From the IMG/VR virus record IMGVR_UViG_3300036851_000225, positions 6,018 to 70,017 of that record: 64,000 bases of DNA, one strand, 5' to 3'. Under the pieces are notes generated by a model. The model saw nothing but the letters and a program-made list of their open reading frames with translations, did no database searches and was not told where the DNA came from. This document shows, piece after piece, positions 9,394-17,757 of this stretch (positions within the stretch are counted from its first letter, which is position 1; each line of letters starts with the position of its first letter). The stretch is from a virus. Made by a program: the position numbers and the translations under genes.

Positions 9394-9780
9394 TCAGTAG
9401 CGCTGAAGTGACTTAACGAGCACGGCGATCACGTCGTTTGCCGCGGTTGACGGTTGAAGCGCAACAGCGACGATCTCATCATTGTCGCTTGTCGTCTTGA
9501 GGCCCAGGCCGGCAGCACTTGGTGCAATCGCGTCCATTGCAGCAATGGCACCGGCGTTGCCATCGACAACCATGCGGCTGATACCGACCAGGCGCACGTG
9601 CGCTGCTTCTCCTGCAACTGGCGCGTTCTGGAGAATACCGACGCAACGCACGGTAGCATCAGCTATATCAATCGTCTCAGAGGTAGTGAGTTGCACGGCA
9701 TGGAACTGCTTGGCAGAGAGATCGGCGGCAGCAGGCCATGTGAAATCGTGAATGCTAACTTCGTAGGCGCTAGGTGCCAT
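9394..9780 (-). CDS. Capsid cement/decoration protein (DUF2190-like)
   Basis: AAADLSAKQFHAV, VGILQNAP, VALQPSTAANDVIAV. Confidence 0.75.
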   Translation of the reverse strand: MAPSAYEVSIHDFTWPAAADLSAKQFHAVQLTTSETIDIADATVRCVGILQNAPVAGEAAHVRLVGISRMVVDGNAGAIAAMDAIAPSAAGLGLKTTSDNDEIVAVALQPSTAANDVIAVLVKSLQRY

Positions 9781-11330
9781 TACCGGCCTCCCTTCTTGCT
9801 GCCAGCTTTGGCGGCGTTGTACTCCTCGACAAGATCCGGCTTGTCAGCACGAATAGCAGAGATCGCTGCGTAGCGCGTCATGCCGCCCGCAACCTTGGCG
9901 TTGACCGCCTCTTCGTAGCGCTCGATAGCAGAGCGCTCAATCTCTGCCTCTGCACTGCTGCCGATCTCCTCAAAATTGATCAGTCCAGCAGTGAGGATAT
10001 GATCGAAGAGCGCCTGGGCCTCTGTGCGCTGGCTGGCATTGAGGCTGGTGAGATGCTTGACCAATCGCTCTGTGTCAAGCGGCAACGCATAGGAACGATG
10101 CAACGTCGCGGTTGTCACGTCCTGCGCATAGCGGGTAATGGCTTGCTGTGCGCGCTCCTCTGCGATCTCTATTGCGATCTCACGTCGCACCTGCTCCTGC
10201 GCCTCTGCCAGCAGGCGCTTGCGCTCCTCGCTAAACTGCGTTCGCATCTCAGCGGCATAGGCCCTGAGTTGTGCCTGCGCCTCTGTGCTGTCGGTGAGGG
10301 ACAGGGGAGGGAACGGCGACAAGGCAGCGCCTCCATTGGTTGCGCCGTTTGTATGCTCTTCCGGCGCGGTGTTCAGTTCGTCGGACATAATTCTTTCCTT
10401 TGCTTTTTGCGCCGGATTAGGCGCTCCTACCATTGCCGCCCCACTCGATACCAGTTCTCTGTTCGAGGCATGCTCGCCGATGACAAGATTTGTACTACCT
10501 CGTGTGGTGAAATAGCGCGGCTGCGTCCTATCACTCAACTCTGCCAGCACTTGCTCATATGAGCCGAGCCGATCAGCAAGGCCAGCGTCAACCGCCTTCT
10601 GGCCGATCAGGATGCCACCCTGCCCAAAATCAGAGAGCACTGTTTCACGTGAAACACTTCGATTACGGGCGACAGTGGAGACAAACACATCGGCCAGGCT
10701 GTCAACGATGCTCTGTATCTGGCTGCGCCCACTCTCTGTCGCAGGGTTGGGGTTCTTATTGGGGGATTGACTGCTGACAAACTCAATATCCCTGGCGCTC
10801 GTCTTCGACGGATCGCGCATCGTCATAATGACGCCAATTGAGCCAAGCGCGGCGGTTGCATCGGCTACTACTTCATCAGCAGCACTCGCTATCCAGTAGG
10901 CGGCGCTGGCCCCCACTCCCTCGACGTAGGCGGTGATCGGCTTGCGACCACGTGCTGCATAGAGCATGTCGGCCAGCTCGTTGATGCCATTCACTTCACC
11001 GCCAGGGCTGTCGATGACGAGCATCACGGCTCTGACCGATTGATCATCAAGCGCCTTGTTCAAATCGCGGGCGATGATCTCGACAGATGCGCCGCCGCTG
11101 ATTTCGGTGAAGAGATTGGCACGTCTGAAGATCGGCCCCTCGATTGGAATGCTCGCCACGCCATTCCTGACGCTGACAGTGCGCGTATTGTCGAGAGGAC
11201 GGCCTAGTTGCGCTTCAACGGCTTCTGGATCGTCATTCTCCCGATTGGCGATTGTAAGCACGGTGCGTAGGGCCAGTTCCGTTATAGCCCAAGGGACCGA
11301 ACAAGCAGCTTCAAACGCACTACGTGGCAT
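9780..11330 (-). CDS. S49 prohead protease with C-terminal scaffold-like region
   Basis: IDSPGGEV, ASAAYWIASAA, GSIGV; coiled-coil C-terminus. Confidence 0.9.
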   Translation of the reverse strand: MPRSAFEAACSVPWAITELALRTVLTIANRENDDPEAVEAQLGRPLDNTRTVSVRNGVASIPIEGPIFRRANLFTEISGGASVEIIARDLNKALDDQSVRAVMLVIDSPGGEVNGINELADMLYAARGRKPITAYVEGVGASAAYWIASAADEVVADATAALGSIGVIMTMRDPSKTSARDIEFVSSQSPNKNPNPATESGRSQIQSIVDSLADVFVSTVARNRSVSRETVLSDFGQGGILIGQKAVDAGLADRLGSYEQVLAELSDRTQPRYFTTRGSTNLVIGEHASNRELVSSGAAMVGAPNPAQKAKERIMSDELNTAPEEHTNGATNGGAALSPFPPLSLTDSTEAQAQLRAYAAEMRTQFSEERKRLLAEAQEQVRREIAIEIAEERAQQAITRYAQDVTTATLHRSYALPLDTERLVKHLTSLNASQRTEAQALFDHILTAGLINFEEIGSSAEAEIERSAIERYEEAVNAKVAGGMTRYAAISAIRADKPDLVEEYNAAKAGSKKGGR

Positions 11331-11349
11331 TGAGATGCCTTTCGCACAC

Positions 11350-11417
11350 AAAAAAAGACGCACTGAGACTTACTTCTATCTATCTATATCTATGAGATAG
11401 AAGTAGTTCAGTGCGTC
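11350..11417 (-). terminator. Long hairpin with U-tract just upstream of the protease gene
   Basis: GACGCACTGA..TACTTCTATCT / AGATAGAAGTA..TCAGTGCGTC followed by T7 on the minus strand. Confidence 0.7.
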
Positions 11418-11568
11418 AGCACTGGCAAATGAATTCAGTTGTCTGCCGGGGTTTCTGTTCCACCCCGGCGAAGTCACCGATACGTCAGTCCTCGGCACAT
11501 CTCGGCCTTACCCGGTGGTAGCGGTTATGCTCGTAAGCGCCCCGCAAATAATGCGTTTATTGCATTAT

Positions 11569-11614
11569 TGGTAGCGGCGATCAGAGTTGCACTGATCCTG
11601 GTACTGTTGCCGCT
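11569..11614 (-). ncRNA. Minimal tRNA-like element (acceptor stem, T-arm, ACCA)
   Basis: AGCGGC..ATCAG-TGCAACT-CTGAT-CGCCGCT-ACCA; no D or anticodon arm. Confidence 0.45.
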
Positions 11615-11616
11615 TC

Positions 11617-11638
11617 AATCAGTTCGATCAATCGAACA
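11617..11638 (-). repeat. 22-bp dispersed motif TGTTCGATTGATCGAACTGATT
   Basis: Exact consensus copy. Confidence 0.9.
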
Positions 11639-11643
11639 GCCTA

Positions 11644-11673
11644 ACTATAGCACAGCCATGCCTATTGCGTCAA
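11644..11673 (-). promoter_or_regulatory. Sigma70-type promoter
   Basis: TTGACG-18-TATAGT with TG extension. Confidence 0.6.
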
Positions 11674-11677
11674 GCGT

Positions 11678-11869
11678 CTATCCCACTGGCTCCCCTACGT
11701 GCTTGCGACAGCCACGGCAGCGGTACACCGTCGTGTAGTGTCCTATGGCGCTCATCGGATAACTCAGCCGCTCACTCACCTTGATCGCATGGCCGCAATG
11801 CGGACACGTCGCAACTACCGTTACCGGCTGCGATGCGAGTGCGATACGCGGTGGGGCGGTGGATTTCAT
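11678..11869 (-). CDS. Small Zn-ribbon protein
   Basis: CPHC...CRGC. Confidence 0.55.
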   Translation of the reverse strand: MKSTAPPRIALASQPVTVVATCPHCGHAIKVSERLSYPMSAIGHYTTVYRCRGCRKHVGEPVG

Positions 11870-12061
11870 CTACGCTTCGTCCTCAATATCCGGTTCAATG
11901 CGCCATGCCGCAAGCCGAGTGATCTTTGCCCCCTCGTGCTCCCACGGGATAAACGTCGGCTTCCAATCCGCTGTTGCCTGTATAATCGCTTCGATCTCTT
12001 CTGGCGTCAACGCTCTATCGGTGAACCATACGCCAGGATCAAAAAATGACTTGTCTTTCAT
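11870..12061 (-). CDS. Hypothetical protein
   Basis: GAGGT RBS and ATGA coupling. Confidence 0.5.
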   Translation of the reverse strand: MKDKSFFDPGVWFTDRALTPEEIEAIIQATADWKPTFIPWEHEGAKITRLAAWRIEPDIEDEA

Positions 12062-12258
12062 ACCTCTACTAACTCCTCTTCACCCTCTGATACTATCTTT
12101 GTCGCAATAGGTACAAACTCTGTCTTATACGTCACGTTGCGCTCAATGATCACCACGTCGTACTTGACACCGCAGTAGCAGCAGTATACCGCGTCAAGAC
12201 GGCGTTCGTGATAGTCGCAACGCTTGCACTGCTTTGTCTCAACTGGAAGTTTGATCAT
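12058..12258 (-). CDS. Small Cys-rich protein ending in EGEEELVEV
   Basis: CKRC...CCYC; GAGGGGCGGC upstream. Confidence 0.55.
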   Translation of the reverse strand: MIKLPVETKQCKRCDYHERRLDAVYCCYCGVKYDVVIIERNVTYKTEFVPIATKIVSEGEEELVEV

Positions 12259-12499
12259 TGTAGCTGCCGCCCCTCTTTGCATTATCAATCAATCGCACGG
12301 CCTTGACAAGGCAATCGCGGCAAATAGTGAATGGACTGCAATCATCAATCGGATCGTCACCTAGCACCACGAGGGGCGCAACGCTTCTCTTGCACTCGCC
12401 GCACGAACGATAGTCATAATATGCTAGTTCATCAGTGCTAAGATACATCGGATATGCGCCATCGGGAAGCGGTGGAGCGCCTGGCTTGCGCGTTATCAT
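12239..12499 (-). CDS. Small Zn-finger protein
   Basis: CGEC...CRDC. Confidence 0.55.
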   Translation of the reverse strand: MITRKPGAPPLPDGAYPMYLSTDELAYYDYRSCGECKRSVAPLVVLGDDPIDDCSPFTICRDCLVKAVRLIDNAKRGGSYNDQTSS

Positions 12500-13866
12500 A
12501 CCTCTACTAACTCCTCTTCACCCTCTTCTGTCTCCTCTTCGATCATATCCTCATCATCGCCGCTATCTGTCCCTTCCATGTCCACGTCTTGTCCCTCATC
12601 TGTCTCCTCTTCGTCCGGCTCTAACACCGGCTTGCTTTGGAACAGTTCTTCAATCGTCGCCATGTCGAGATCGGGCAAGTCAGACACCTTGCGAAAGAAC
12701 GCCTCATCGTCGGGCGTCGGGTGGAATGCGCCGATGACGTGGAGGAACTTGGCGAACGCGCCGAGCGCCTGGAGATCGTACCGTTTCACCGCTGGCAGTG
12801 TCAAGCGTGGTAAGTCCGTGAGCTTGCCGAAGTCGTTAAAGCGAAACAGTCGTGCTACTGCCTGTTGATTGAGCGCTGAGAGGAGCCTGTCTTGATAGCC
12901 GTTGAGCGACAGCAGAAATAACTCTGTCTTGTCTTTGCCAAGCGCATACGAGCCGCTGTCTGTGCCAAGGCTGATGAAGTCCGCAAGCATCGTACTGAGC
13001 ATCACAATGCGCAGATACTTGATCACGTTGAGATAGTCCTCAGTGCTTAGGCCGGGAGAGGGCACAAACTTGAAGCTGACGCCAGCGGGGAGCAAGCCGC
13101 CCGCCTCCTCATTCTGGCGTATGTTTTTCAGGAAGTCCTGGATCAGCGTTATATCGTCATCAGAGAGCCGCCCCTGGAGTGTCGCATCAACTTCGACAAT
13201 GGGAAAGCCGGTACCAAAGCGCTCCAAGGCGATGCCCATGAGCACTTCAAGATTGCGCACGATTTGCCACAGCCGGTACATACCGCGCTCTACGCTCTTA
13301 CCCTCTGGACTGCCCTCGCTATCGTCGCTGACGAGATGGACACACTTGCTGATCGGGATAGAGCGCAGCGTGTAGTCAGGGGCCGGGCGCTGTACAAACT
13401 CCTTTACTTCGCCCGTCTTTGCATCCGTCCCCCATTTGTACAACGTTTCCTGCCGTCGTAGTCCCCAATGCGCCCAGCCGACAGCACCATCGCTGTACTT
13501 CGATCCGATGCCGCCGCGCCGCTTATACACGATTTCGTGAATGTCCCACCCCGCCCAGAGCATGCCGTACATCTGGCGTAGATACGTTTCTTTCGCCTGC
13601 CGAAAATCGTCCAGGCACGTCTCAAGATGCTCGCCGGCGCGCTTATCATTGTCGGTACTGCCCCCTGGCTCAACGGCCAAGTCAGTACGCAGGAGATTGC
13701 TAGCAGCAGTCAACACTGCCGTGCAGGCTGGCTCATCATAGGCCATGCTGCGATAGATCTTCGCTGCTTCAGCGCCGCGTAGCCGCTTGTTCGGGTCCAG
13801 CGACAGAAAGCCACTGAACAGCGGCAATCCAATCGCGCCTATTTCGCTGCGTCGTGTGGGAGGCAT
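12496..13866 (-). CDS. Portal protein (DUF935/Mu gp29-like)
   Basis: 456 aa; EIVYKRR, SPEGKS, IALERFGTGFP, GSYALG; downstream of terminase. Confidence 0.85.
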   Translation of the reverse strand: MPPTRRSEIGAIGLPLFSGFLSLDPNKRLRGAEAAKIYRSMAYDEPACTAVLTAASNLLRTDLAVEPGGSTDNDKRAGEHLETCLDDFRQAKETYLRQMYGMLWAGWDIHEIVYKRRGGIGSKYSDGAVGWAHWGLRRQETLYKWGTDAKTGEVKEFVQRPAPDYTLRSIPISKCVHLVSDDSEGSPEGKSVERGMYRLWQIVRNLEVLMGIALERFGTGFPIVEVDATLQGRLSDDDITLIQDFLKNIRQNEEAGGLLPAGVSFKFVPSPGLSTEDYLNVIKYLRIVMLSTMLADFISLGTDSGSYALGKDKTELFLLSLNGYQDRLLSALNQQAVARLFRFNDFGKLTDLPRLTLPAVKRYDLQALGAFAKFLHVIGAFHPTPDDEAFFRKVSDLPDLDMATIEELFQSKPVLEPDEEETDEGQDVDMEGTDSGDDEDMIEEETEEGEEELVEV

Positions 13867-14300
13867 TAGTCTATCCCCAAAACAATATAGAGCGTGCCAT
13901 TGTACACAACACCCCTGCCTAGTCGCTGCTTGCCCGTATCGTTGATGTATGCCATTGGACGAGTAAGCAGTTCCGGGCCGTCTGGAACAGCGATGTAGTA
14001 CGCATCGTCAACGATACGGTAAGCATCAGTATCAAGGACACAGGCGGATTGATAGATCGGTACTTCGGTAGCGCGTGCTACCAATATATCAACGTCCTTG
14101 TACCACTCCCACTCGTCAAAGAAGATGTGATAGCGCTCCCAATGACGCTCTTTGATAGCCTGCTTTATATCCCGTTCGAGATCGCGCCGCGCTACTGCGT
14201 ATATATCCATTCGTGCCTGCCCCTGAATATAGCGCGAAACAGACACATGTTGCTCCAGGCAAATATCAATGTATCCCGCCCGTATTCCATCACTCATCAC
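13866..14300 (-). CDS. Hypothetical protein
   Basis: ORF coupled to the portal start. Confidence 0.5.
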   Translation of the reverse strand: MMSDGIRAGYIDICLEQHVSVSRYIQGQARMDIYAVARRDLERDIKQAIKERHWERYHIFFDEWEWYKDVDILVARATEVPIYQSACVLDTDAYRIVDDAYYIAVPDGPELLTRPMAYINDTGKQRLGRGVVYNGTLYIVLGID

Positions 14301-14439
14301 AAGTACCTGTCTCGATAGTCATCGCGCTTCCGCTTTGCATTGCGACGATCAAGATGCTGGCGTGCCATGTCGAGTAGCCAGCCACAGATAAAGGCCAGCA
14401 GTATCCAAAGCAAAATGAAGACGACTGTACTACCACTCA

Positions 14440-14703
14440 TCATTTTGCCTTCAACCGATAGGTGGTACACATATGCTCATTATCACGCTCTGCTATCAGT
14501 TCATAGAGTGGCAAACGAGTGAGAAAATCGTCAGTCAACTTCACTTCGCTGCCCATAAGATGTAATAGCGCAATAGCAAGCAAATGATACTCGCCATTCT
14601 GTACCTGGAGTTGCGCTATCCGCGTTGTCAACTCCTCAAGAGATAGCGACTTGAAGATCGGCTCCCTTAACCATCGCTCGTTAATCATTCTAGCTCTCTC
14701 CAC
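14440..14703 (-). CDS. Hypothetical protein
   Basis: ORF following terminase. Confidence 0.5.
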   Translation of the reverse strand: MERARMINERWLREPIFKSLSLEELTTRIAQLQVQNGEYHLLAIALLHLMGSEVKLTDDFLTRLPLYELIAERDNEHMCTTYRLKAK

Positions 14704-16106
14704 ATATTCACTTTCTTCTCACGTGCTACTGGCTTGCTGCTGCGTCGCGCCGCCATAAGGCCATAGCGCCCGTCGTCGTATGGATCGTCGCCGCCGTTAC
14801 CCGCCTCGTCAATGTCCACCTTGAGTACATCTTCTGGTCTATTCGGATCGTGTTCAAGCATTGGCAGGCATTCGATCAGCCGGGTACATCGCTCGCTAAT
14901 CTGGACAGTCGGCGCTATCTTTGCCTCAACGCTGCCTAATCGCTTTAGCCACTCGGCAGCGCCGGTGATCCTGTCCATTTGCGCCGGTGAGAGTTTGATA
15001 CCACAGTCGAAGTACTGATCCGCTATCGTTTTGATACTGCCGCGCTGTGCAAACACATCAGCACCAGCGACGAAAGCAAAGAGCCGATCAAGGCGCACAT
15101 CGTTACGACCGAGCATCGCCTTAATCCCGTCTGCATGTTGCTCTGGAAGCCAGCGCGATTGATAATGCTCGTCAACAAAGTAGATCATGCCGTCGCCGTC
15201 CTGGGTGATCAGGTGTACTGATGTGGGATGAACAAAACCGTAATCGAGTGAGCACCATACCGGCCAGGAGGGGAGTATCTTGATTGGCTTGCAAACGTGA
15301 AGATCGTAGCTCCAATTCGTAAAGAACTGCCCCGCGGCTATATCCCAATCACCGTAGCGGTAGGCTCGTTTTTCCCAGCCGATCAGCCTGTCGAGCATAG
15401 CACGGTACCCTGGGTTGACGTGTACATTATCGTCAACCGTGGCAAAGATAAAGCGCGTATCGGTTTCCTGTCGTTTCTTCCATGGCACAATGAAGCGCGA
15501 TTTGTACCAGGCATGACCGATGCCGCCAGGGTTCGTACTGTTGTAGATCCTTGGACGCCAGCCCGATTTACTGGTGCGATTGCAGAGTGTAATGGCCTGG
15601 TACTTTTTGAGTGAGAGGCCAGTTGTCTCTTCGACTGCAATCGTATCGTATTCAAGTCCAAGATACTTATCAATGTCGCGTTCGTTCTGGAAGTGCCCGA
15701 TCAGAATGCGACTGCCGTTCGGGAACTTAAGTATCGAACGACTTGGCACATAGTAGCGCAGCCAGGGTGGGAATGCCCGCGTAAGCAAATCCTCAAAGCC
15801 TTCTTTCGCACTGCTGCCGACTTTACGCAAAAGCAAGCACTTCAGCCCTGGCACCCGCTGGCAGTCATCAGCGCCGAGTTGTGCTAAGACAGCATGCGAC
15901 TTGCCCGGCCCTCTTGCCCCTCCTATGCCGACTTCTACCGGCCTCCCTGGACTATCGCAGGCTCTCGCTGCTGCGTGAAAGGCTAGCTGCTTTGGCTGTG
16001 GCGCATAGCCGACAGCACGAAAGTTGCGCAGTTGATCAGGAGGACAGCCGGCTGCTTTGGCGGCGTGTAAGAACCGATCAAGCGGCGTTGTCATCTGAAG
16101 CGTCAT
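14685..16106 (-). CDS. terL: Terminase large subunit
   Basis: GGARGPGKS Walker A, IAVEE Walker B, STNPGG, LDYGFVHP, DDPYDDGRY nuclease motifs. Confidence 0.95.
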   Translation of the reverse strand: MTLQMTTPLDRFLHAAKAAGCPPDQLRNFRAVGYAPQPKQLAFHAAARACDSPGRPVEVGIGGARGPGKSHAVLAQLGADDCQRVPGLKCLLLRKVGSSAKEGFEDLLTRAFPPWLRYYVPSRSILKFPNGSRILIGHFQNERDIDKYLGLEYDTIAVEETTGLSLKKYQAITLCNRTSKSGWRPRIYNSTNPGGIGHAWYKSRFIVPWKKRQETDTRFIFATVDDNVHVNPGYRAMLDRLIGWEKRAYRYGDWDIAAGQFFTNWSYDLHVCKPIKILPSWPVWCSLDYGFVHPTSVHLITQDGDGMIYFVDEHYQSRWLPEQHADGIKAMLGRNDVRLDRLFAFVAGADVFAQRGSIKTIADQYFDCGIKLSPAQMDRITGAAEWLKRLGSVEAKIAPTVQISERCTRLIECLPMLEHDPNRPEDVLKVDIDEAGNGGDDPYDDGRYGLMAARRSSKPVAREKKVNMWRELE

Positions 16107-16611
16107 AAGCTTTATCGAGTGCTATATCGAAATCAGGGAAGGTGATCCGCTGTTCTATCTCTTGCCGATCAACGAATAGGCCGTGATGCTTGCCAAGCAA
16201 GGCCAATGCCGCCTGAGCATCGTACATTTCAATCTCTGGCCCATGTAATCCACTCTTGATCTTCTTAATAAGATGAATAGCGCCTGTCTTTTGCGCCTTG
16301 ACAAGATCAATAGCCCAATCGTCAATGACTTTCTTTTTCTCAGTTACCTCTTGTAGATCGGGCAATCGTGTTACATCAGCGATAGAACCTCGTGCCATTG
16401 CCGCAAGTCGCAACAACACCTCGTCGGCACTCATTGCCTTTTCGCTAATGCGGCGTTGTATCTCTGCCTGAATACCCGGTTTTACCAAGTTCTCAGGGCC
16501 TTGCTTATTAGGATGGGCATACTCAGCTCGCCTTGCCGCTTCTGTCGCATTCCAGCAGGTAAGGTACTCTTCGATGAATACACGCTGCTTATCGGTAAAG
16601 CCTTCACTCAC
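16078..16611 (-). CDS. terS: Terminase small subunit
   Basis: FTDKQRVFIEEYL..WNATEAARRAEY HTH; ALALLGKHHGLF. Confidence 0.9.
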   Translation of the reverse strand: MSEGFTDKQRVFIEEYLTCWNATEAARRAEYAHPNKQGPENLVKPGIQAEIQRRISEKAMSADEVLLRLAAMARGSIADVTRLPDLQEVTEKKKVIDDWAIDLVKAQKTGAIHLIKKIKSGLHGPEIEMYDAQAALALLGKHHGLFVDRQEIEQRITFPDFDIALDKAYDASDDNAA

Positions 16612-16754
16612 TTACGCCGCCGTCGCTTTCTCGACTTACCTGCTACAGAATAGGCGATTGCTACTGCCTGCTTACGTGGCTTGCGCTCACGTTTGATCAG
16701 CATCTTGATATTGCCTGCAATCGTCTTTTTACTTTTGCCTCTACGTAGTGGCAT
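16608..16754 (-). CDS. Small basic phage protein (48 aa, not in the ORF track)
   Basis: [40 protein letters not shown]; overlaps both neighbours. Confidence 0.65.
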   Translation of the reverse strand: MPLRRGKSKKTIAGNIKMLIKRERKPRKQAVAIAYSVAGKSRKRRRRK

Positions 16755-17083
16755 CAGGCTAAATCCGCTATCACCGCAACGGTGCTATTCGTGCCATTGG
16801 GACAGGTCAACTTCTTTGTTGACGCCGTATACGTAATCTCCCACTCTGCGATGTAGTTGCCCGCCGTATCTGTATCCACGGCGGCCCAGGCATATTCGAC
16901 GGTGCCAGCTACGGCAGACACAATCGTCGCTGCTGCGTTGACCTTGACGGCTAACGTTGTCGCATCGGCCATATTGAACTTGACGGTAGCGCCCGTCAGA
17001 TCGATGGCTGTTGCATTGGCATCTTTCAACGTCGCTGCAATGACCGGGAGGCGATCTCCCTTCTTTATGGTGAAGTCTGCGAT
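16754..17083 (-). CDS. BppU-like baseplate upper protein; apparent ATC start
   Basis: [45 protein letters not shown]. Confidence 0.7.
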   Translation of the reverse strand: MADFTIKKGDRLPVIAATLKDANATAIDLTGATVKFNMADATTLAVKVNAAATIVSAVAGTVEYAWAAVDTDTAGNYIAEWEITYTASTKKLTCPNGTNSTVAVIADLA

Positions 17084-17098
17084 CTTAGTGCCTCTTCC

Positions 17099-17395
17099 TC
17101 AACTCGTTATCGTCACACTGGTAGCACCGCTGTTCGCAAGTGTCGCCGTTGTCGTCCCACTATTCGCAAGTGGCGCTGTCTGTACCCCGCCGCTCGCTAT
17201 CGGAGCCGTGTGCAGCCCTGTGCTGCTGATTGCCGCTGTCTGTAGCCCGGTACTGCCGAGTGCAGTCTGAACACCTGTGCTACTTACGATTGCCTGTGTC
17301 GGCTGCTTGATGACAGGATCGGCAAGCGTCAGTCCAGCATTCGGCCAATAGCGCGGCGCGAAATAGCGATTAGGATAGTACCGGGCGGCGTACAT
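17099..17395 (-). CDS. Virion-associated protein with ~10-aa S/T-rich repeats
   Basis: MYAARYYPNRYFAPRYWP followed by repeats of (S)STG.QTA. Confidence 0.6.
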   Translation of the reverse strand: MYAARYYPNRYFAPRYWPNAGLTLADPVIKQPTQAIVSSTGVQTALGSTGLQTAAISSTGLHTAPIASGGVQTAPLANSGTTTATLANSGATSVTITS

Positions 17396-17397
17396 CG

Positions 17398-17748
17398 CTA
17401 GACTTCAACCCCTAGGACCTTGAGCGCTGCCAGACAAATAGCCTCAGATGCATACCTTGATCCACGTTCATGATCTGAAGTGAATGCAAGGCTTTCATCG
17501 TTTTTATGTTTGAAGGCGACGTAAACGTAATTATGCCATCCGCCTTCTATGTAATAAGAGTAGCCAAACTGTTCCATGCACTCTATCACTTGCATTGCTG
17601 TCGTCATGTCAGTGCTGTACTTTGGAGCAAACTTGAGACGACCTTCGGCATACTCGAAAACCGGCTCGGTATAGTCAGTGCCGTCTATTCGTCGCCACTG
17701 CATTACTTTCTCGGCTATCAGAATGTCTAACTCTCTCCCAGCCTCCAT
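17398..17748 (-). CDS. Phage ABA-sandwich domain protein
   Basis: MEAGRELD..IAEKVM, YSTDM..AMQVIE, AICLAALK; paralog of 54300..54704. Confidence 0.7.
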   Translation of the reverse strand: MEAGRELDILIAEKVMQWRRIDGTDYTEPVFEYAEGRLKFAPKYSTDMTTAMQVIECMEQFGYSYYIEGGWHNYVYVAFKHKNDESLAFTSDHERGSRYASEAICLAALKVLGVEV

Positions 17749-17757
17749 AGCCGCCCC

